A stretch of 64,000 nucleotides of DNA. Origin: Octopus sinensis (taxonomy: Eukaryota). Made by a program: the position numbers and the translations under genes. The DNA lies in the NCBI RefSeq assembly GCF_006345805.1, contig NC_043019.1, forward strand, positions 21,141,360 through 21,205,359, read 5' to 3'. Positions 49,965 through 61,375 of this stretch are shown here, in pieces; position 1 is the stretch's first letter, and every line of letters starts with the position of its first letter. Below the pieces are notes generated by a model that did not search any database, had not been told where the DNA came from, and worked only from the letters and a program-made list of their open reading frames with translations.

Positions 49965-50361
49965 GCAAATAAACAATGTCTTGACACAGGCACAGGTTAG
50001 ATGAAACTTATTGTAACATTATATCTGCGGCTTGGTGCCCTTTTGTTTACCATTCCTTGTTTGTTTGTTTTTTTTTCTTTTACTGATGATATTTATCATT
50101 CTGCTGTCAATTTTATGCCAATATTGGCCTAATGAGCCACCTCAATACCCAACAAGTGTAAAGCCGCTAATTTGGTCTTTTTCAAAGACAAAGGATGAAT
50201 GTCTGTAGGATGTAATTTGAGAGCCAATTGGCTGCTGTTACTAGCAGCTTGGATAACCATGTAAAAGTGTCCCTGTTGTTGTAGCCCATAAAGCTATGTT
50301 TTATTTGAAATTTAAAATTTTGATTTTCTAACCCTTTTTTTTTTAATCTTCGCAATTGTAG

Positions 50362-50529
50362 GACAAGATTATATTTATTGGGTTGACAGCAGCAGCCGTA
50401 CCATCTCCCGGATCAAGAGGGATCTTACCGAAAGGAAACAGATAGTGCCTCTGGACGACACCACGAATGCACAGAATACCGTGAATGCTATTAATACAGT
50501 TGAGGGCATCGCCGTTGACTGGGTAGCCG
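50362..50529 (+). CDS. LRP1: LRP1 exon 33, propeller 5
   Basis: ttgtag|GACAA...GCCG|gtgagt; [55 protein letters not shown]. Confidence 0.94.
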
Positions 50530-51270
50530 GTGAGTAGTTTCTTTTATCTATTTGTCATCATTGGATGCTCTTCCTAACACCAACCACTATACAGAGTACA
50601 CTGGGTGCATTTTATCATGACACCAGCATTGGTGAAGGATGCTTGGTACTCTGTAAGACTAAAGAGTCCTCAATATTCAGTGATATGTTCATTCATTTAA
50701 GGGGGGTACATAGAAGATAGAGCAATGACAAGAAGAAACAAGATGAGCGGATGATGTAAGAGTATCATCGTTTAACGTCCGTTCTCCATGCTAGCATGGG
50801 TTGGACAGTTCGACCGGGGATCTGGGAAGCCAGGAGGCTGCACCAGGCTTCAGTCTGATCTGGCAGTGTTTCTACAGCTGGATGCCCTTCCTAATGCCAA
50901 CCACTCCGAGAGTGTAGTGGGTGCTTTTTACGTGCCAGGTGAGGCTGGCAACGCCCACGATCGGATTGGTGCTTTTTACGTGCCTATGGTAGAAGATATG
51001 GATTGGGTGAACAAAATGGTAAAGGAGAAGACAGAGTGATGGATAGTAATAATAGCAAACAACGGTATGAGTGAGTGATAGATGTCAGTAAGAAGTGGCC
51101 TGAATGAAGGAGGAGTGATGAGTAGCAGTACAGAAGGAAGGATAGTAGAGCCTGTCCATTACAAATGCATAACCACAGTCCAGTAATTGAAAGGAGCAAA
51201 AGAATAGGTATCATGGTGGCTGAGAGAAATGGGATGATATGGAAGATGGTAGCGGGGAGCAATGAATATA

Positions 51271-51665
51271 TTTATATATAAAAGTGAGGTTGTGTGCTGT
51301 CTGTCTCCTACGAATTAGATTCCTAACTACTCCCACATTTTGCGGTGCAGTTTAACCAAAACCGGGTATCTTATAGTCGTGATTCATATCGAGCCCTTCT
51401 GGGTATTAGCGCGCGTCTACAATGAGTCTACGATTTAAAAAAAAATTTACCATCAATTTTTCCCATTTTTAATGCATTTTTGGCATATATAAGGGAAGTA
51501 ACTCTCTAAAAATTTATTATTAAATCTCAGAACGTAAAAAGCTACAGTAACACCCCTCCCTTTGTGGTTAGCCATATTGAGATGGCTATTATACTTTACA
51601 TCTCTAAAAATGCTTATATAGTTATTTCCCTTACAAACCCGAGCAACGCCGGGCAATACTGCTAG
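51271..51665 (+). mobile_element. Non-autonomous Helitron
   Basis: 5' A|T(T)TATATATAAAAG start; 3' hairpin CCCG-AGCAACGC-CGGG, short spacer, CTAG|T; no TSD. Confidence 0.8.
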
Positions 51666-51747
51666 TATATATATTATTCTTTTACTTGTTTGTCATTTGA
51701 CTGTGGCCATGCCGGAGCATATATGATATTTCCAATACACTTAACAG

Positions 51748-51877
51748 GTAACATATACTGGACAGATAGTAGCCGCTCTACGATTGAAGTAGCCAGACTT
51801 GATGGTCAGTATCGATATGTTTTGGTTTTCCATGTATTGGACAAGCCATGTGCCATTGCTGTTCATCCTATGAAAGG
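51748..51877 (+). CDS. LRP1: LRP1 exon 34, propeller 5
   Basis: taacag|GTAAC...AAAGG|gtaagt; [43 protein letters not shown]. Confidence 0.95.
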
Positions 51878-52105
51878 GTAAGTATTACATTTTTTTTATT
51901 CCGTGCCTTGATTCTTGTCCAACTGTTAACAGATTGCTTTTGTAATTTTCATGGCTTGTGGTCATATTAGTTTAGGAGTTTGCTCTGATCCAGGAGACTC
52001 TACCATGATCAAAAATATTTCAACCATGACCATCTCCTACTCCCTCTTTTCTTTTTTGTTAAAAGAAAGTATAATCATGCAAGGTGGCTACCAAATCCAT
52101 CTTAT

Positions 52106-52338
52106 AAGGCGGCGAGCTGGCAGAAACGCTAGCACGCCGGGCGAAATGCTTAGTGGTATTTCGTCTGCCGTTACATTCTGAGTTCAAATTCCGCCGAGGT
52201 CGACTTTGCCTTTCATCCTTTCGGAGTCGATAAATTAAGTACCAGTTACACACTGGGGTCGATGTAATCGACTTAATCCCTTGGTCTGTCCTTGTTTGTC
52301 CCCTCTATGTTTAGCCCCTTGTGGGTAGTAAAGAAAAT
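52106..52338 (+). mobile_element. SINE family B with 21-bp TSD and extra 5' templated sequence
   Basis: AAGAAAGTATAATCATGCAAG at 52063-52083 and 52339-52359. Confidence 0.9.
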
Positions 52339-52822
52339 AAGAAAGTATAATCATGCAAGCATAGAAAAGTAAACATGTCTTGAACATCATCATAATCTTC
52401 AGCAAATAAATGAAAAATTATGTTTAGACACAGGTGTGGTTGTGTGGTAAGAAGTTTGCTTCCCAACAACATGGTCCCAGGTTCAGTCCCACTGCATGGC
52501 ACCTTGAGTAAGTGTCCCCTATGATAGTCTCAGACCAAAGCCTTGTGAGTAGATTTGGTAGATGGATTTGGTAGCCACCAAAAATGAACAATATTATTGT
52601 TAAAGTCATGAAATTGTAATGATTTTTTTGAATTACAATTGACAAGGAAAAAGCACATCCTTTTTTGAGCTTCTGTCTAATTTTTGAAACTTTTATATAC
52701 ACACACAGATTTATGTATATATATATATATATAGTAGGTACTGCAAATTTAAGGTGAATACTTGGTAAGTGTAAGCACCTGTATATGCCAGCTAGTGGCA
52801 GAGGTGAGAGGGTGATTTTATT

Positions 52823-52898
<76 letters not shown>

Positions 52899-52913
52899 TT
52901 CTCTCTCTCTCTC

Positions 52914-52954
<41 letters not shown>

Positions 52955-52984
52955 TTATATATCTCTATGTATCTATCTCTGTAG

Positions 52985-53257
52985 CTACCTGTTCTGGACT
53001 GACTGTGGCACCCAGCCTTTGATCGAGCGCGCTCAACTGGATGGTAGCAAGAGAGTAGTCCTGCTGAACAACAGTCTACGGGAACCGCATGGTTTATCTG
53101 TAGACTATGAGACTGACCGCCTATATTGGTGTGACAGAATACTCAACGTGATTGGTTGGATTGCCATCAATGGCAGCGAGCCTCACATTGTTATAACCAA
53201 CACTTCACAGTGCATGTCTCTTACAGTTTATAAGAAACATGTCTACTGGATTGAAAG
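52985..53257 (+). CDS. LRP1: LRP1 exon 35, propeller 5
   Basis: ctgtag|CTAC...GAAAG|gtaatg; [90 protein letters not shown]. Confidence 0.95.
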
Positions 53258-53820
53258 GTAATGAACTTTGACCTTACTTTCTGATATTTTTATTCCTCTC
53301 TCATCCCTATCACCTCTTCACTTTCCTCCCTGTAACCTCTCTCTCTCTCTCTTTTTTTCTTTTCTCCTGTTTTACTATATTTTCTCTCCTCCCTTCCCTC
53401 TCTCCCTCTCTTTGTCTCTTCACCTTGCTCATCTCCACACAGTCCTTGTGCTTCTCTTTTTGTCTATCCTTCTCCCTCCCTCTCCTCTACTCTTTCTTTT
53501 TGCTCTTCCTTCTCTCTGCCCCACTCTCTACCCCCTTTCTTCCTCCTTTTTCTGCTTCTGTCTCCATACTTCTCTGCCTTTCTACCCCCTCTCTCTACTC
53601 TACCATCTTTCCTTCTCTCTTTATAGCCCCTCCTTCTCTCTCTCTCTCTGCCCTCTTTCCTTGTTCCTCTCTAATATATTCTATTCCCTTTACTCCTTTC
53701 ACTCCCCTTCCTTCCTTTGCTCTCCTCTCTTCCATCTTTCGTCACTATCATCATTATAACACATCTCTCACCATTCTTTTCTCCCTTGTCACATGACACT
53801 ACCAACAACAACAACAACAG

Positions 53821-53942
53821 TTCTGCAAATGGTAGCGCCATCTTCCGTGCCAGTAAATACGATGGTTCTGGGAAAATTGCATTGCTCACCAATCTTGCAA
53901 AGAAAGTCGTCGACATTAAAATATTCCACAAGGACAGGAATG
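53821..53942 (+). CDS. LRP1: LRP1 exon 36, end of propeller 5
   Basis: caacaacag|TTCT...AATG|gtcagt; SANGSAIFRASKYDGSGKIALLTNLAKKVVDIKIFHKDRN; phase 2/1 fits both neighbours. Confidence 0.88.
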
Positions 53943-54669
53943 GTCAGTATTTCTTTGGATATTTTCTTGTCATCCTTTGTGGATTATGTTGATATGTGAA
54001 TGTAAATGTGTGTGTGTGTGTGTATGCTTTTGCAAGTGTGGGTGTGTGTATAGTTGTGCATATGTTTCAGTGTTGATGCACGTAGGTGCGTGCATGTGTG
54101 TGTGTATTGTGCAGGTGTGTGCATACTTTAATGTGGATGCATGCATGTGTGAATGTGGGTGCATGGCAGGAGCAAATGCTTGCATGTGTGTGGAGTGTTG
54201 TATAGCCTCAAAGAATGTTTTGGAGGAAAAAGGGAAGGGAGATAGCCTCAAACCAGAGACTGGTATCAGTTGAATGTTTGCCACAGAGTGAACCCCTGCT
54301 AAAGTATTGGTTTGGGGTGTCAAACCATGAGATGGGTTAAATCTAAGATCCAAAGAAACTACAACAAGACTTGAAGTCAGAACACAAAAGGGCTGGACAA
54401 ATACCACAAAGCATCCCATTTAATGTTGTGCCAAAATACATCAATTACCACAGGAATAATTGGCCTTTTTGTCTTTACAATCCCTTCATCTCTTTGGTTA
54501 GGTCCTGGTATTTCTCCGTTTTCTTTGATACCTTCATATCCCCCTCTGTTATTGTAAAGGATTGCAAAAGTCATTGATCTTACATTGTATATTATTGTTG
54601 TTATTGTTGTGGTTCAACTTTAATAAACTTGTTTGGTTTCGTTAACTAACATTAATATTGTTATTTCAG

Positions 54670-54792
54670 AAACAAATATTTGCTCCAACAACGCAACTGG
54701 CTGTCAGAATCTGTGCTTGTTAAAATCTGAGACAGAATCTGTGTGTACTTGCTCCTATGGACAACTTGCCGCAGACAGCAAATCTTGTACTG
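54670..54792 (+). CDS. LRP1: LRP1 exon 37, EGF-like module
   Basis: tttcag|AAAC...ACTG|gtaaat; TNICSNNATGCQNLCLLKSETESVCTCSYGQLAADSKSCT. Confidence 0.94.
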
Positions 54793-54996
54793 GTAAATTA
54801 TGCATGCTTTGAGATGGTTTTTGTGCTTTCTTTTAAGAAAAAAAAAATCATTACTTATTGTATCATTTGTGACACTGTTATATATTTTTGAAAGAAAATT
54901 TTATATCCTGCATTCTGTGGACAACAGAGTTGCCAGTGATTAAGTTTCCAACAATCCAGTTTCTGGTTCTCTGGATTTATGATGGTGAGAGTATAC

Positions 54997-55265
54997 GTAC
55001 TTGTACTTGTGACGGCGTTCACCCATGGCGGGTTAAGCTAGCTTCTTCTCTGTTCCTAACGGCATCACGAACCATGGCGGCCCACACTCGATGGTCCCAT
55101 GCAAGGTCACTGGAGATAGCGAGCCATTCGCGGTTCCATCTGCGCAGACCGACCACCTGAGATTCGGAGAGGTCCTCCTTTATTGTTGTTGCCCAAGTCT
55201 TCAGCTGCCCACCCGTGCATTTGTGCCAGCTGGGAAGTGGAGGTGGGAGGAGGACATCGCGTAGT
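54997..55265 (-). mobile_element. 3' end of RTE-clade LINE with (CAAGTA)n tail
   Basis: Minus frame ...PPLPSWHKCTGGQLKTWATTIKEDL...RRWNREWL...DLAWDHRVWAAMVRDAV; GC-rich island ending in a CAAGTA repeat. Confidence 0.75.
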
Positions 55266-55514
55266 GGGGTTGATTTATTTGATTAAACCCTACAAGACAG
55301 TGCCCCACTAAAACAAGTAAGAAATTATAGAAATATTTCAGCCAGTGAAGCCATTGTCAGACTGCTGACTATGGCTTAGCTGGCTGAAACTTTGAAGTCA
55401 CTGTCAACAACATTCTTGTGTAAGAATAATAAGTTTGTACTCTACAAAAGCCTAAAGTAATCCATCTGAATAATGTAAAATTATTTTTATTATAACTGAA
55501 CATAAAAACAAACA

Positions 55515-55547
<33 letters not shown>

Positions 55548-55548
<1 letters not shown>

Positions 55549-56840
55549 CAGGTCATCCCATAAGTTCTGTCCAATTTTACCGTTTTTTAAATTGGATGAA
55601 ATTTAATAGAATTTTAGAATGTCTAATGGATTAAAAAATTTATTTTTATGCATTTGTGTACATTTAATCTAATTAAATATTATTTTACTGAATAATAGAA
55701 TTAAAATTTCTTTGATTAAAACTTTTTCTAACATGGAAGTATCCAAAGAGCATTTGAGGCACATAATGCTTTATGAGTACAAAAAAGGAAACTGTAGCTG
55801 AAGCGACTCGAAACATACACTCAGTTTATGGGAAAGAATACTTGAATTCAGAAGTGGAGATTTCAGCCTTGAAGATGAAGATTGAACAGGACATCCAGTT
55901 GAGTTTGATGATAAGCTTCTTGAGACACTACTTGAAGAAAATCCTGCATTATCAGTTGAAGAATTAGCAATAAAGCTTAGTTCAAACCATACAACTGTTC
56001 ATTGTCATCGTCAACAACTTGGAAAGGTTCCTAAACATGGAAAATAGGTGCCTCATGAATTGTCCGTAAGCAACCACAAATCCCGAGTTGACATCTGCTC
56101 TTCTCTCCATTCTCACAAACTCATTTCACCCTTTTTGGAAAGACTTGTGACTGGTGACAAAAAATGGATCTTCTATCGAAAAGTTAAACGTCATAAACAG
56201 TGGCTTGGTAAAAGGGAAAAAGCTCAACCACAACCAAGAAGGGAACTTCATGGAAAAAAGGTTCTTCTCTCTATCTGGTGGGATTGCAAAGGAGTAATTC
56301 ACTTTGAATTGTTACCACCAAATGCAACAATCAATGCTCAAGTCTACAGTCAGCAATTAGAGCATTTGAACCAAGCTTTGAAGAGAAAAAGACCCGCTTT
56401 AGTGAATTGAAAAGGAGTGATGTTTCATCAGGACAATGCGCGACCCCACACTGCAAAGATCACATCACAGAAGATCGAAGAGCTTGGTTGGGAAAAAATT
56501 CCTCATCCACCTTATTCTCCTGACCTTGTTCCTTCAGACTACCATTTGTTTCGTAGTTTACAGAATCATTTGGGGGACATAACTTTCACAAGCCAGGAGG
56601 AGGTCAAAACTGACATTTCAGAGTTCTTCGCTTTGAAACTAAAAGAGTTTTACATTGATGGGATTAAAAAGTTTGTAAATAGATGAAAGGAAGTCATAGA
56701 TAATCAGGGAATGTACATTGATGATTAAATTTTAATGGCCACAGCTCATGAGCTGAAACTAGAATCAATCAATCAATCATAACATTTCATCACTTGTTTT
56801 CTTTATTCAGGATTCAGACAGAACTTATAGGATGACCTGA
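55548..56840 (+). mobile_element. Full-length degenerate mariner (Tc1/mariner, D34D) transposon, copy 1
   Basis: 1293 bp; TIRs TCAGGTCATCCCATAAGTTCTGTC / GACAGAACTTATAGGATGACCTGA (1 mismatch); TA on both sides; encloses transposase remnant. Confidence 0.95.
55733..56728 (+). pseudogene. Mariner transposase pseudogene
   Basis: Starts MEVSKEHLRHIMLYEYKKG; motifs (W>*)VPHEL, TGDKKW, HQDNARPH, YSPDLVPSDY; frameshift, internal deletion and several stops. Confidence 0.93.
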
Positions 56841-57187
56841 TATATATTATGTATATGAAATAGCCAAAGAAATTAGTTTTACAACTAATGATAAACATAA
56901 ATAGCTAACAAAAGCCAAAGTAATTTTTATGTCACACAGGGTTGAAACAAATTGATCTGGTAGCAAGCAAAAAGAGAAAGAAACAGCCTGCCAATAAATA
57001 CTTGGATGAAATTCATGTCAGAATGATTTCAAAAGAAATGCGAAGAGCAGTTTAGAAATTTACAATGATTGGTTCCTTAGGAATTTGAAATATTTGGGAC
57101 ACTGATTTTAAAATTAACTTTATAGCCCTTTATTATGCTACATAATTTTTGATATTAAAAATATATATATTATATATATATATATAT

Positions 57188-57263
<76 letters not shown>

Positions 57264-57266
57264 ATA

Positions 57267-58558
57267 TCAGGTCATCCCATAAGTTCTGTCCAATTTTACC
57301 GTTTTTTAAATTGGATGAAATTTAATAGAATTTTAGAATGTCTAATGGATTAAAAAATTTATTTTTATGCATTTGTGTACATTTAATCTAATTAAATATT
57401 ATTTTACTGAATAATAGAATTAAAATTTCTTTGATTAAAACTTTTTCTAACATGGAAGTATCCAAAGAGCATTTGAGGCACATAATGCTTTATGAGTACA
57501 AAAAAGGAAACTGTAGCTGAAGCGACTCGAAACATACACTCAGTTTATGGGAAAGAATACTTGAATTCAGAAGTGGAGATTTCAGCCTTGAAGATGAAGA
57601 TTGAACAGGACATCCAGTTGAGTTTGATGATAAGCTTCTTGAGACACTACTTGAAGAAAATCCTGCATTATCAGTTGAAGAATTAGCAATAAAGCTTAGT
57701 TCAAACCATACAACTGTTCATTGTCATCGTCAACAACTTGGAAAGGTTCCTAAACATGGAAAATAGGTGCCTCATGAATTGTCCGTAAGCAACCACAAAT
57801 CCCGAGTTGACATCTGCTCTTCTCTCCATTCTCACAAACTCATTTCACCCTTTTTGGAAAGACTTGTGACTGGTGACAAAAAATGGATCTTCTATCGAAA
57901 AGTTAAACGTCATAAACAGTGGCTTGGTAAAAGGGAAAAAGCTCAACCACAACCAAGAAGGGAACTTCATGGAAAAAGGTTCTTCTCTCTATCTGGTGGG
58001 ATTGCAAAGGAGTAATTCACTTTGAATTGTTACCACCAAATGCAACAATCAATGCTCAAGTCTACAGTCAGCAATTAGAGCATTTGAACCAAGCTTTGAA
58101 GAGAAAAAGACCCGCTTTAGTGAATTGAAAAGGAGTGATGTTTCATCAGGACAATGCGCGACCCCACACTGCAAAGATCACATCACAGAAGATCGAAGAG
58201 CTTGGTTGGGAAAAAATTCCTCATCCACCTTATTCTCCTGACCTTGTTCCTTCAGACTACCATTTGTTTCGTAGTTTACAGAATCATTTGGGGGACATAA
58301 CTTTCACAAGCCAGGAGGAGGTCAAAACTGACATTTCAGAGTTCTTCGCTTTGAAACTAAAAGAGTTTTACATTGATGGGATTAAAAAGTTTGTAAATAG
58401 ATGAAAGGAAGTCATAGATAATCAGGGAATGTACATTGATGATTAAATTTTAATGGCCACAGCTCATGAGCTGAAACTAGAATCAATCAATCAATCATAA
58501 CATTTCATCACTTGTTTTCTTTATTCAGGATTCAGACAGAACTTATAGGATGACCTGA
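57267..58558 (+). mobile_element. Degenerate mariner transposon, copy 2 (tandem duplicate of copy 1)
   Basis: Offset 1719 bp; same TIRs and same inactivating lesions; extra 1-bp deletion in an A run. Confidence 0.93.
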
Positions 58559-58934
58559 TATATATTATGTATATGAAATAGCCAAAGAAATTAGTTTTAC
58601 AACTAATGATAAACATAAATAGCTAACAAAAGCCAAAGTAATTTTTATGTCACACAGGGTTGAAACAAATTGATCTGGTAGCAAGCAAAAAGAGAAAGAA
58701 ACAGCCTGCCAATAAATACTTGGATGAAATTCATGTCAGAATGATTTCAAAAGAAATGCGAAGAGCAGTTTAGAAATTTACAATGATTGGTTCCTTAGGA
58801 ATTTGAAATATTTGGGACACTGATTTTAAAATTAACTTTATAGCCCTTTATTATGCTACATAATTTTTTGATATTAAAAATATATATTATTATACATAAT
58901 TATATCACCTGTATAAATATATAGCTTACATACA

Positions 58935-58946
58935 CATATATATATG

Positions 58947-58991
<45 letters not shown>

Positions 58992-59168
58992 CTTATGTAT
59001 AGTTATATATATATATATATATATAGCTTATGTATAGTTATATATATATATATATATATAGCTTATGTATAGTTATATATATATATATATATATAATATA
59101 TATATAGCTTATGTATAGTTATATATATATATATATAATATATATATATATATAGCTTATATAGTTAT

Positions 59169-59222
<54 letters not shown>

Positions 59223-59350
59223 TATATATATATATATATAGCTTATGTATATTATATATATATATATATATATAGCTTATGTATAGTTATATATATATAT
59301 ATATATATATAGCTTATGTATAGTTATATATATATATATATATATATATA
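58935..59350. repeat. (TA)n array punctuated by GCTTATGTATAGTTA units
   Basis: About 8 recurrences of the unit separated by variable TA runs. Confidence 0.93.
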
Positions 59351-60403
59351 CAGCTTCAGTATGACCATAGCTGCATGGCTGAAATGAATAAAAGAATATA
59401 ATTATATATATAAAAAAATTAAACACTATCAAATTTATATTACCATGTATAATTATGTCAGTTATATATAATTATATTTAAAATGATATAAAAACTATAT
59501 AAATTATGAAAAATTATATAAATTTCTAATATTAGCTAACCTAAATTTATCTAATATCCCTAATGCGTGAGATAAATAATTGCTAATGTATTTATAATTT
59601 TCCAGATCAATTAATTTCATGTTTTATGATGAAACATATTTTCTTCTATTTATATTGATTACATTTCAACATCACATGTTATTCCTGGATATGTACTTAG
59701 TACCAGAGTGGATTCAAATGAGAAATCTTTATTTCTAAACTGATAGCAGTCCCACTCCTACCTATTCTGCCACTGGCAAATGTACATTCTATTGTTATGT
59801 TATTTAGTGGTAGATTTTTACCATTCTTTCCTAATTGCAGATCTTTCTCATCCATGATATGTGATACTAACCAAAATAGCAAGGCTCCTGTCTTTGGATT
59901 TGGTGTTTTCAAATTCTGGTCTTTCACAGATTCATGAGTCTATATATTAAATGTACATGAGTCAATGGCTGAAGTGATAAGATCCTTACTACATTTTTAT
60001 TTAGAAAGGTTCCACGTTCAAATCCCACCTGGTACAATGTTCATGTCTTATATATGACATCTGATGATGATCAGAAATCAAACAGATCAAAATGAAATCA
60101 TCATCATCATCATCATCATCATCGTTTAACGTCCGCTTTCCATGCTAGCATGGGTTGGACGGTTCAACTGGGGTCTGGCAAGCCCGAAGGCTACACCAGG
60201 CCAGTCAGATCTGGCAGTGTTTCTACAGCTGGATGCCCTTCCTAACGCCAACCACTCCGAGAGTGTAGTGGGTGATTTTATGTGCCACCGACACAGGTGC
60301 CAGACGAGGCTGGCAGACGGCCACGCTCGGATATATTATATATTAGTCTGTTAAGATGATTTGGAAGCGTAACATCTAATAATCTAATGGTATGTCTTTT
60401 CTA

Positions 60404-60486
60404 CTCTTCTGATGAGATTTTGCCCAATAAAATGTATTAATTACTGGAATTGAATTCTTTGGGCAAAATCGAAACAGATGTAAGAG
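60404..60486 (+). ncRNA. Type-I hammerhead ribozyme-like motif with 12-bp helix II
   Basis: CUCUU-CUGAUGA-GAUUUUGCCCAA(31 nt)UUGGGCAAAAUC-GAAAC-AGAU-GUA-AGAG. Confidence 0.65.
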
Positions 60487-60834
60487 AATATGTTGGATTT
60501 TTGCAGGTAATAAATTGTATTAATGCTACATCTCCATTTTCTGAATTTTGATTATATATATACATATATACTTAATGTAGATGTAAATATTGAAAAAAAA
60601 AAAAAAAAAAAAAGCTTCACTTTTAGAGAGAAATTAATAGTCTGAAAAATTCATAATTAACTATATCTTAATTATATATTATTGTATCTGAATAAATCAG
60701 TCTTACTCATCAATGTACTTTGTTGTTGCTTTATGTATTTAATAACACAATATAAGATTTTTATCGCTTTTTTTTCTTTTTGCCTTTGGTCAGTAAATAT
60801 TATTTCCTCTTTGCTTCTATCTAGAAATCAAAGG

Positions 60835-61375
60835 AAATTACTATTATTCCCTTCAGACTTTGCTTTCGTGACCTGGACATGAGTATTTTGTCGCTTGTCA
60901 TTGCCTCCGTGAGGCTCAATGTTTGAAGGCCATGCTTCACCACCTCATTCCAGATCTTCCTGTGTTTACCTCTTCCACCCCCCACATTTAGGGTGTGACA
61001 CTTTTTCACACAGCTGTTCTCATCCATACGCAGCACATGACTATATTAGCACAGACGTCTCTCTTGCGCACCACATCTGATGCTTCTTATGTCCAACTTT
61101 TCTCTCACGGTGCTTACACAATGTCGAGTATGCACACTGACATTACACATCCAGCAAAGCATACTAGCTTCATTCCTTGCAAGTTTGCGCATGTACTCAG
61201 CAGCCACAGCCCATGTTTCACTGCTGTATAGTATAGCTGTTGGTACACATGCATCATGCAGTCTACCTTTCACTCTGAGCGAGAGACCCTTTGTTACCAG
61301 TAGAGGCAGGAGCTCTCTGAGCTTTGCCCAGGATATTTTTATTCTAGCAGCTACTCTTCCAGAGCATCCACATTT
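60835..61375 (-). mobile_element. RTE-clade LINE ORF C-terminal fragment
   Basis: ILYSSETW...EASMLCWMCNV...VREKLDIRSI...LRMDENSCVKKC...RKIWNEVV across frameshifts. Confidence 0.85.

Noticed and set aside
59581-59940. Minus-strand ORF 59697-59927, possible decayed coding sequence
   Set aside because: No recognisable domain in any frame I translated; multiple stops in the other frames.
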